The position numbers and the translations under genes are program-made. The notes under the pieces were generated by a model that did not search any database, was not told the origin of the DNA, and saw only the letters and a list, made by a program, of their open reading frames with translations. This document shows positions 46,202 to 64,000 of a DNA stretch of 64,000 nucleotides, in pieces. Positions within the stretch are counted from its first letter, which is position 1; every line of letters begins with the position of its first letter. Source of the DNA: the human T2T-CHM13v2.0 reference genome, Homo sapiens; the NCBI RefSeq assembly GCF_009914755.1, contig NC_060935.1; one strand, given 5' to 3'.

Positions 46202-48158
46202 TGGAGCAAAGAATATTTGCTGTCTGCTAGCTACATATACCCCATAGTTTTTGAGGTAAGGCAGATTTCCCATGGGAGTGCATATATCTTTATTCATTTT
46301 ATCAGGACTTTGGGAGAAAAGAGCAGCATTTGAAGACAATAATTCCTTGTGGCCTGTCCTCTTGACCTCTTCCCTTCACACCCAAAGGGCCATCCTCATT
46401 CTGTATCAGAATTCCATTCCAGCCTTCTACACACTGGGTCTCAGAGTGCTTAGGAAAGGATCCTCAACAAAAGCCTTTGAAAATTATACACTTTTGTTGG
46501 GAGAATTAAAGGCTTTATAGAAGAAAGACTGCAGAGAGAAAACTGATGAAAATGCTGAAGATTCGGAATTGTGCATTTATCCACAAAGGGGCTTTTAACA
46601 GAGGTATACAAATTTAGCTGAACTGAAGAAATCATTCAACTGGAGTCTGCAGGGGAAACCAGAGGTAGATTAAGCAATGATTGATAAATTAAGTGGGTAA
46701 TTATTTCTATTTTTAAAAAATTTTGCTTTAATTGCATTTCCCTTTAACTATGGAGGGTAGACATCTTATGCTGGGTTCAGACAAGTCACTTGATGTTTGG
46801 CAAGCTAGTAAAAAATCTACAAGGTTTAGCATGGAGTAAGAAAAACACGGAGACTCCCAGGAGGATGCTTGTCTTTAGGCAAAGGAAGCCAGGCCTACCA
46901 GCTTGACCTATATTAAAATAGAGCTGTGGGGCCTGAAAGGAGAAGGATTCTGGGTACAATGTGGTGACTGCCATTCAGGTTTGTGTGTGCACAGAGCAGC
47001 CCCTCCTCACCTCCAATTCCTGTTCTGGGCTCTTGGAAGACAAGTGAGTGTACAGTAGTAAAAATAGAAAGAGCCACCTCCTTACAGTCTTCCAAAACTA
47101 TGAAGAAAGCAGCAGGGCTTTGATATCACTCTGATCAAGTCTACTCCAAAATGGAAGTGGAGGCTCTCTTGCCACATAGCCCCAGACCACTTTGCAGCAT
47201 TATTATTACTTTTAAACAGCTTTACTGAGATATAATTGACATACAATAAATTGCACATTTCAATTTGAGATTATACCTGTGAAACTATCATCACGATAGA
47301 GATAAAGAACATGTCCATCACCCCAAAACTTTCCTTGCACTTGATATGGTCAATCACTTAATTTTAGACATTCCAATAGATGTGTAGTGATATCTTGTGA
47401 TTCTAATTTGCATTTTCCTATTGACTAATTCAGTCAACATTCTTTCCCATGCTTATTTGCTATTCAAAAGCCATCTTTGATGTATCTGTTCAAGTACTTT
47501 GCCCATTTTTTATTGGGTTGTTTGTTTATTTGTTTTTACTTCATTTATTATTTAGCTTTAAGGGTTCTTTGTACATATATTCTGGATACACATTCTTTGT
47601 CAGAAATGTAATTTGCAAATATTTTCTCCTAGTATATAGCTTACCTTGTCTTCATTCTCTTAACAGTAGCTTTTGCAGAGCAAAAGTTCTTAATTTTGAT
47701 GCAGTTCAATTTAGTTTTTTAATTTTTAATTTTGTGTGGATCATGCTCTTGGTATTGTGTATAAGAAACCTTTGCCCAAACCGAGGTCACAAAAATTTTC
47801 TCTTATGTTTTCTTCTAGAAGTTTTATAGTTCTAGTTTTACACTTACGTGTAGTATCCGTTTTTAGTTAATTTGTATAAGGTGCAAGATATGTACTGAAG
47901 TTTATTTTTAATTTTTTCTTGTATACAGTTATTCAACTGTTTCACCATATCTTGCAAAAATATATTTTTTGTCTACTAAACTGCCTTTGCACCTTTGTAA
48001 AAATCAACAAATAAGATATGCATGGATTTATTTCTATACATGTTATTCTGTTCTATTGATCTGTCTCTCTTGATGTCAATATCACATTCTCTTGGTTACT
48101 ACGGCTTCGAAATAACTCCTGAGGTCAGGTAGTATGAGCTTTCCAACTTTGCTCTTTT

Positions 48159-48463
<305 letters not shown>

Positions 48464-48516
48464 CAACTTTGTTCTTTTTCAATGCTGTTTTGGCTATACT
48501 AGAATCTTTGCATTTC

Positions 48517-49264
48517 TTGCAAATCAAAACCACAATGAGATACCATCTCACACCAGTTAGAATGGTGATCATTAAAAAGTCAGGAAACAACAGGTGCTGG
48601 AGAGGATGTGGACAAATAGGAACACTTTTACACTGTTGGTGGGACTGTAAACTAGTTCAACCATTGTGGAAGTCAGTGTGGCAATTCCTCAGGGATCTAG
48701 AACTAGAAATACCATTTGACCCAGCCATCCCATTACTGGGTATATACCCAAAGGACTATAAATCATGCTGCTATAAAGACACATGCACACATATGTTTAT
48801 TGTGGCACTATTCACAATAACAAAGACTTGGAACCAACCCAAATGTCCAACAATGATAGACTGGATTAAGAAACTGTGGCACATATACACCATGGAATAC
48901 TATGCAGCCATAAAAAATGATGAGTTCATGTCCTTTGTAGGGACATGGATGAAACTGGAAATCATCATTCTCAGTAAACTATCGCAAGGACAAAAAACCA
49001 AACACTGCATGTTCTCACTCATAGATGGGAATTGAACAATGAGAACACGTGGACACAGGAAGGGGAACATCACACTCTGGGGACGGTTGTGGGGTGGGGG
49101 TGAGGGGGGAGGGATAGCATTAGGAGATATACCTAATGCTAAATGATGAGTTAATGGGTGCAGCACACCAGCATGGCACATGTATACATATGTAACTAAC
49201 CTGCACATTGTGCACATGTACCCTAAAACTTAAAGTATAATAATAATAAAAAAAGAAAAAAAAA
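48517..49264 (+). mobile_element. 5'-truncated L1PA (about L1PA4), 0.75 kb
   Basis: 16-bp TSD AGAATCTTTGCATTTC (48501-48516, 49265-49280); ORF2 C terminus (CWRGC...HCWWDC), 3' UTR, A tail. Confidence 0.96.
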
Positions 49265-50027
49265 AGAATCTTTGCATTTCCATATGAATTTTGGAATTAG
49301 CTTGTCAATTTCTTCAAAGTAATGCCTGGTGGGATTTTGATCGAGATTGCAATAAATTTGTAGATTAATTTTGGAAGAATTGACATCTCAACAATATTTC
49401 ATCTTCTGATTCGTGAACTTAGTTTGTACCTATCAATTTATTTAGGTTTTCTTTAATTTCTGCCAGAAATATTTTGCATTTGTCAGTGTTTGGGTTTTGC
49501 ACATCTTTTAGCAGATTTGTCTCTAGGTATTTCTTATTTTTGATGCCATTATAAATGGTATTTTTTGTAGTTTTAATTTTTTTGTTGCTTATGTACAGTT
49601 GGTTTTTGTGTATTAACCTTGTATCTTGCAGCATTGATAAATTATTGCTTTTACTAGTTCTAATAAGTTTTTTTCGTAGACTCCATCAGATTGTATAGGT
49701 AGACAATCAGGTTTCTGCATATAAAGACAATTTCACTTCTTCCATTTTAAACATGGATATCTTCTTTTTCTTTTTCCTGACTCATTGTACTTCTGGTTTG
49801 ATGTTGAATATAAGTGGTGAGAGTAAAAATCCTTGCCTTGTTCCTAATCTTAGGGGAAGAACATTCAGGTTTTCATCTTTAAACACAATGTGGGCTTTAG
49901 TTTTATTGTGGATCCCTATATCATGTCGAGAAAGTTTCTCCCTACTATGTTACTACTACGTTTTTTTTTTTTCTCAGAAAGAGATATTGTATTTTCTCCA
50001 ACTTTTTTTCTAACTCTATTAGGATGA

Positions 50028-50314
50028 TTTTTTTTTTTTTTAAGACAGGGTCTCACTTAGTTACCCAGGCTGGAGTGCAGAGGTGTGATCGGCCTCAACG
50101 TCCCAGGCTCAAGTTATCCTCCCACCTCAGCCTCCTGCATAGCTGGGACTATAGGCACATGCTACCATGCTCAGCTAATTTTTAAATTTTGTTTTGTAGA
50201 GACGAGTTCTCACTACGTTGCCCAGGGTGGCCTCTAACTCCTGGGCTTAAGTGATCCTCCCACCTCGGGCTCCCAAAGTGCTGGGATTACAGGCATGAGC
50301 CACCATACCCAGCC
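50028..50314 (-). mobile_element. AluJ
   Basis: J-type arms (ggctcaagttatcctccc); AGGATGAT duplication. Confidence 0.92.
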
Positions 50315-50356
50315 AGGATGATCTATTTTTTAAAAATAATTTCAACTTTTATTTTA

Positions 50357-57015
<6,659 letters not shown>

Positions 57016-59375
57016 TCAACTTTTATTTTAGATTCAGGGGGGTATATGTGCAAGTTTGTTACATGGGTATATTGTGTGATACTGAGGTTTGTGGTATGAA
57101 TGATCCCATCACCCAGGTGTGAGCACAGTACCCAATCAGCTCTTCACTCCTCCTTCTCTTCCCTCTCTAGTGGTCCCCTGTGTCTACTGTTCCCATCTTT
57201 ATGTCTATATGTACCTAATGTTTAGCTCTCACTTATAAGTGAACATGCAACATTTGGTTTTCTGTTCCTGTGTTAATTCCCTTAGGATGATGGCCTTCAG
57301 CTGCATGCACGTTGCTTCAAAGGACATAATTTCATTCTTTTTTGTGGCTGGCATAGTATTCCATGGTGTATATTTACCACATTTTCGTTATCCAGTCCAC
57401 CACTGATGGGCACCTAAGTTGATTCCATGTCTTGGCTATTGTGAATAGTGCTGTGATGCACATATTAGCGCATGTGCCTTTTTGGTAGAACAATTTATTT
57501 TTCTTTGGGTATATATCTAGTAATGGGATTGCTGAGTCAAATGGTAGTTCTGTTTTAAGTTCTTTGAGAAATCTCCAAACTGTTTTCCAAAGTGGCAGAA
57601 ATAATTTATATTTCCATAATAGTGTATGAGGGTTCCATTTTCTCTGCGAATTTTCCAGCATTTTATTTTTTTGTCTTTTTAATAATAGCCATTCTGACTG
57701 GTATGAGATGATATCTCATTGTGGTTTTGATTTGCATTTCTCTGATGGTTAGTAATAATAAACATTTTTTCATATGTTTGTTGGCTGCTTGTGTGTCTTC
57801 TTTTGAGAAGTGTCTGTTCATGTCCTTTGTCCACTTTTTAATGGAGCTATTTATTTTAGGCTTGTTGATTTATTCTAGTTCCTTATAGAGTCTGGATATT
57901 AGACCTTTGTCAGATACATAGTTTGCAAATATTTTCTCCCTCTTAGGTTGTCAGTTTACTGTGTTGATAGTTTCTTTTACTGTGCAAAAAGTCTTTCACT
58001 TAATTAGGTCCCATTTATTAATTTTTGTTTTTGTTGCAATTGCTTTTGAAAACGTAGTCATAAATTATTTGCAAAGGCCAATGTCCCAAGTGGTATTTTC
58101 TAGGCTTTCTTCTAGGATATTTAAAGCTTGAGGTATTACGTTTAAATTTTTAATTCATCCTAAGTTAATTTTTGTATATGGTGAAAGGTAGGGGTCCAAT
58201 TTTATTCTCCTGCATATGGCTAGCCAGTTATCCCAGCACCATTTATTAAATAGATAGTCCTTTCCCCATTGCTTATTTTTGTTGACTTTGTTGATGATCA
58301 GATGGTTGTAGGTGTGCAGCTTTACTTCTGGGCTCTCTATTCTGTTCCACTGGCATGTGTCTGTTTTTGTACCAGTACCATGCTGTTTTAATTATTATAG
58401 CCTTATAGTATAGTTTAAAGTCAGGTAATGTGATGCCCTGGCTTTATTGTTTTTGCTTAGAATTGCTTTGGTTATCCAGCTTTTTTTTTTTTTTTTTTGG
58501 TTCCATATGAATTTTACAATATTTTTTCTAATTCTGTGAAAAATGATGTTGGTAGTTTCATAGGAATAGCATTGAATCTGTAGATTGCATTGGGCAGTAT
58601 GGCCATTTTCATGATACTATTTCTTCCAATCCATGAGCATGGAATGTTTTGCCCATTTGCTTGTGTCATCTCTGATTCCTTTCAGTAGTGTTTTGTTGGT
58701 ATCCTTGTAGAGATCTTTCACCTCCTTAATTAGATATACTCCTAGGTATTTTAGTTTACTTTTATTTTTTGTGGCTATTGTAAATGAGAATTTATTCTTC
58801 ATTTGGCTCTCAGCTTGAATGTTATTGGTGTATAAAAATGCTACTGATTTGTGGCCAGGTTCAGTGGCTCATGCCTGTAATCTCAGCACTTTGGAGGCTA
58901 GATGCAGGGATCTCTTGAGCTTAGGAGTTCAAGACCAGCCTGGGCAACATAGCTCACTACTAAAAAATATTAACAATATATTTTAAAAAATTAGCCCAGC
59001 ACGGTGGCAGCCATCTGTAGTCCCAGATACTCGGGTGGCTGAGGCAGGAGATCACTTGAGACCAGGAAATGGAGACTGCAGTGAGCTATGATCCCACCAC
59101 TGCACTCCAGACTGGGCAACAGAGATAGAGCAAGACCCTGTATTAAAAAAAAAAAAAAAAAGAAAAGACAAGAAATGCTACTGATTTTTATACATGAATT
59201 TTGTATTCTGAAATTTACAAAAGTTGTTTATTCAGGTGTAGAGTCTTTTGGAAGAGTTTTTAGGGTTTTTCTCCATATAGAATCATATTGTCAGTGAAGA
59301 GAGATAATTTGATTTGTTTTTCAATTTGGATGCTGTTTATTTCTTTCTCTTGCCTGAGTGTTCTGAGTAGGACTT
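57016..59375 (-). mobile_element. 5'-truncated older L1PA (L1PA15/16-like); its extreme 3' end lies at 50330-50356
   Basis: ttcaacttttattttagattcagggg 3' end; TSD AGGATGATCTATTTT at 50315-50329 and 59378-59392. Confidence 0.85.
58853..59172 (+). mobile_element. AluJ inserted in L1
   Basis: TSD AAATGCTACTGATTT (58836-58850, 59173-59187). Confidence 0.93.
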
Positions 59376-61934
59376 CCAGGATGATCTATTTTGAAAAACA
59401 TCTGTTAATATAGTCAATTAAATTAATTGATGTTTAACTAACCCCACGTGTCTATGATTTATTAATCTTTTTAAAATAGAATTTTGGATTCTTGGCTAAA
59501 ATATTGTTAAGAGTTTACTAACATTTTGTTAAGTGTTCCTGAGGAATATTGATCTGTAGGTTTATTTTCTTGTCATGTCTATGTTTGCTTTAGTATCAGA
59601 GCAATGCTGAACTTAGAATGAGGTTGGGAAGTGTTTTCTCCTTTCAATATTCTAGAAGAGTTTTTACAATTTATAATATTTATTCCTTAAACATTTGATA
59701 GAATTCTCCAGTGTAGCTATCTGGGCCTGAAGTGGGAAGGTTTGTGGGAAGATTTGAAATTATGCATTCAGTTCCTTAATAGATATAGGGTTATCCTGAT
59801 TATCTGTTTTTCGTGAGTGAACTTTGATAGTTTGTGTATTTAAAGATTTTTTTCCATTTCGTCTAGGATGTTGAATTTATTTACACAAAGTTGTTCATAA
59901 TATTGCCTTATTATCATTTAAATTCCATAGAATTCAACTGATCTTTTCAATAAAATAAGATTTTGATTTCATTGATTTTCTTTATTGCTTCTCTATTTTC
60001 TGTTTTACTGATTTCCATTCTAATATTCATTATTTTCTTTTCTCTGCTTACATGGCAATTTATTTGCTCTTTTTCTTAAGGTGGGAGCCGAAGTCATTAT
60101 TTGAGAACTTTCTTTTTTTACTGAGTTGGATATTTAGCGGTATAATTTTCCTTTTTACTACTGTATTAGCTATGTCCTTCAAATTTCAATATATTTTGAT
60201 ATCTAACATCTATCTTCCACAATGCCCCATATATGTGTAATAATTTCACATATGTGTACTATTATATATAATGTAATAGTGTCTAGATATGTGTATATAT
60301 ATATATTCAGTTCAGAATACTTTCTAATTTTGCTATTGATTTCTTCTTTGATCAATATGATTCATTTCTAATTACTTTCATTGTGGTCAGAGCATATATT
60401 TTGTATGACTTAAATATTTCAAATATACTATATTGTGACCCAGACTATAGACTATCTTGGCTTGTGTTCTGTGTGTATTTAAAAGAAATGTTTATTCTGC
60501 TGTTGTTTGGTGGAGTGTTCTATAAATGTCAATTAGGTCAAATTCGTTGACAGTGTTTTTCATGTCTTCTTTATCCTTACTATTTTCTTTTTTGTTTTAT
60601 CAATTGCTGAAAGAAAGCAATGAATCTCTAAGTATAATTGTGGATTTGTCTCTGAAATCTACTTTATCTTACGTTAATATTGCTGATCCAAATTTCTTTT
60701 GATTAATGTCATGTCTTTTCTCATTCTTTTAATTTTAATGAATTTTTGTTTTTATATTTAATATGGGTTTCTTGTAGACAGTATAGTATGTATGTTATTT
60801 CTTGTTTGTTTGTTTTTTTTTTTTTGTCAAATTACAGTTTGCGAACCACTGCCTTTTAGTTGGGGTATTTAGACTATTTAAATTTAGCATTATTATTAAT
60901 GGCTGGGTTTATGTCTGCCATCTTACTATTTGTTTTCTATTTGTCCTATCTGTTCTTCGTTCCCCTTTTTCATATTTTTCTATTTTCCTTTGGATTATTT
61001 CTTACAATACCATTTTATCTGTTTGTTACTTGTTAGCTCTATATCTTTGTTGTGTGATTTTAGTTGTATGGTAATATGAATCTTTAACTAGTCATAGTCT
61101 ACTTTCCAGCAATAATATATTACTTTGTGTATAGTATACGAATCTTACAACAATATATTTCCATTTCCCTCTCTGTCTTTGTGCAATTTTGACTTACTTT
61201 CTACTTTTTTATGTTATGAAACCCACAATATATTATTTTGCTTTAAATAGATAATTATCTCTTAAATATATTTGATTAATAAGAAAAAATATTGACATAT
61301 ACCTACATAGTTTTTATTTCTGGTGTTCTTTATTCTTTTGTAAATTTGAGAATAGAATCTAGAATATTTTTTATTTTTATATTTTTTTACTGCTGAAAGA
61401 AATTTATTTGTTTCTGATAGAGCAGGTCTTCTGCTAATTAATTCTTTTTTATGTCTGAAAATATTTTTACTTTACATTCATTTTTGAAAGAAATGTTTAC
61501 TGGGTAAAGAATTTTAGTCAGATAGTTTTTTCCAGTGCTTTAAAATACTTATTGCTTTCATTATTTTTAATTAAAAAAATCTGCTGCCATTCTTAACTTT
61601 GATCCTTTATATAATGTCTATTTCTTTCTGGGTGCTTTTAGGGTTTTTTGTCACTGGTTTTAAGCAATATGAGTTGGTATAGTTTTTTTTTTAATGCTTG
61701 AGATTTGTTGAAATTCTTGGATCTATAGAATTATAGTTTTCATAAATTCTGGAAAATATTTCACCATTATTTTTAAGAAATATTTTTCTGTCTCTCCCAT
61801 TTCTTCTCCCCTCCAATTACACATATATCAGAACACTTGAAAAGTTTCCACAGCTCACTGATGTTCATTTTCCCCAGTTTTTTCTCTCTTTGTTTTACAT
61901 TTGGCATAGATTTATTGAATTTATTCAAGTTCAC

Positions 61935-62281
<347 letters not shown>

Positions 62282-62409
62282 TGACTTTTCCATTTCAGAC
62301 ATGGTGGTTTTTATTGCCAGAAGTTCAATTTAAGTTTTTAAAAATATCTGCATGTCTCTACATAACATATCAATTTTTTATCTAATTTCTTAAACATGGG
62401 ATACACTAA

Positions 62410-62434
62410 ACACACACACACACACACACACACA
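62410..62434. repeat. (CA)n microsatellite
   Basis: Read directly. Confidence 0.9.
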
Positions 62435-62514
62435 AAAAAAACCTACTTTAATGTTCGGGTCTGCTAATTCTATTATATTTCTAATTACTTTGTCAGTTTT
62501 TATTGATTAATTTT

Positions 62515-64000
62515 TCTCTTTTTTATTATACTTTAAGTTCTAGGATACATGCACAGAACGTACAGGTTTGTTACATAGGTATACATGCGACTTGTTGGTT
62601 TGCTGCACCCATTAACCTGTTATCTAAATTAGCTATTTCTCCTAATGCTATCCCTCCCCTAGCCCCCATGCCCCCTACAGGCCCTGGTGTGTGATCTTCC
62701 CCTCCCTGTGTCCATGTGTTCTCATTGTTCAATGCCCACTTATGAGTAAGAACATGTGGTGTTTGGTTTTCTGTTCCTGTGTTAGTTTGCTGAGAATGAT
62801 TGTTTCCAGATTCATCCATGTCCCTGCAAAGGACATGAAGTCACCTTTTTTATGGCTGCATAGTATTCCATGGTGTATATGTGCCACATTTTCTTTATCC
62901 AGTCAATCATTGATGGGCATTTGGGTTGGTTTCAAGTCTTTGCTATTGTGAACAGTGCTGCAATAAACATATGTCTGCATGTGTCTTTATAGTAGCATGA
63001 TTTATAATCCTTTGGGTATATACCCAGTAATGGGATTGCTGGATCAAATGGTATTTCTGGTTCTAGATCCTTGAGGAATTGCCACAGTGTCTTCCACAAT
63101 GGTTGAACTAATCTACTTCCCACCAATGATGTAAAAGCTTTCCTATTTCTCCACATCCTCTCCAGCATCTGTTGTTTCCTGACTTTTGAATGATTGCCAT
63201 TCTAACTGGTGTGAGATGGTATCTCATCGTGGTTTTGATTTGCATTTCTCTAATGACCAGTGATGATGAGCTTTTTTTTCATATGTTTGTTGGTTGCTTA
63301 AATGTCTTCTTTTGAGAAGTGTCTGTTCATATCCTTTGCCCACTTTTTGATGGGGTTGTTTGTTTTTTTCTTGTAAATTTGTTTAAGTTCCTTGTAGATT
63401 CTGGATATTAGCCCTTTGTCAGATGGACAGATTGCAAAATTTTTCTCCCATTGTGTAGGTTGCCTGTTCACTCTGATGATAGCTTCTTTTGCTGTGCAGA
63501 AGCTCATTAGTTTAATTAGATCCTATTTGTCAATTTTGGCTTTTGTTGCCATTGCTTTTTGTGTTTTAGTCATGAAGTCTTTGCCCATGCTTATGTCCTG
63601 AATGGTATTGCCTAGGTTTTCTTCTGAGGTTTTTGTGGTTTTAGGTCTTACGTTTAGGTCTTCAGTCCATCTTGAGTTAATTTTTCTATAAGGTATAATG
63701 AAGGGTTCCAGTTCCAGTTTTCTGCATATGGCTAGCCAATTTTCCCAACACCATTTATTCAGTAGGGAATCCTTTCCCCATTGCTTGTTTTTGTCAGGTT
63801 TGCCAAAGATCAGGTGGCTGTAAATGTGTGGCATTATTTCTGAGGCCTCTGTTCTGTTTCATTGGTCTATATATCTGTTTTGGTACCAGTACCTTACCGT
63901 TTTGGTTACTGTAGCCTTGTAGTATAGTTTGAAGTCAGGTAGCGTGATGCCATCAGCTTTGTTCTTTTTGCTTAGGATTGTCTTGGCCATATGGGCCATT
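62515..64000 (-). mobile_element. L1PA (about L1PA7/8) 3' portion, runs off the window
   Basis: ttattatactttaagttctaggatacatg 3' end; frameshifted ORF2 fragments 62932-63834. Confidence 0.92.

Overview
This is primate, almost certainly human, genomic DNA. It holds the 5' end of the sorting nexin 19 gene (SNX19) on the minus strand: a CpG-island promoter (~7.95-8.5 kb), a very large first coding exon (6020-7693, 558 codons: TM hairpin, PXA domain, acidic linker, start of PX) and coding exons 2-4 (3388-3526, 2026-2126, 1774-1893). All four exons have GT-AG junctions and splice in frame; the gene continues off the left edge. The remaining ~55 kb upstream has no supportable protein-coding gene and is mostly nested transposable elements: a full-length THE1 MaLR, a partial ERV-L with MLT2 LTRs, a full-length L1PB-type element nested in an older L1PA, several 5'-truncated L1PA copies with intact TSDs, about 12 Alus, and DNA-transposon fossils. 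Repeat subfamily names come from recalled consensus features and need RepeatMasker/Dfam confirmation. I found no convincing novel biological system. The best leads are regulatory or mechanistic: three uORFs and a cryptic donor in the SNX19 leader, a DUX4-consensus site in a gene-facing THE1 LTR, a ~210-bp apparently non-repeat segment copied into an L1, and an L1 junction resembling abortive twin priming.
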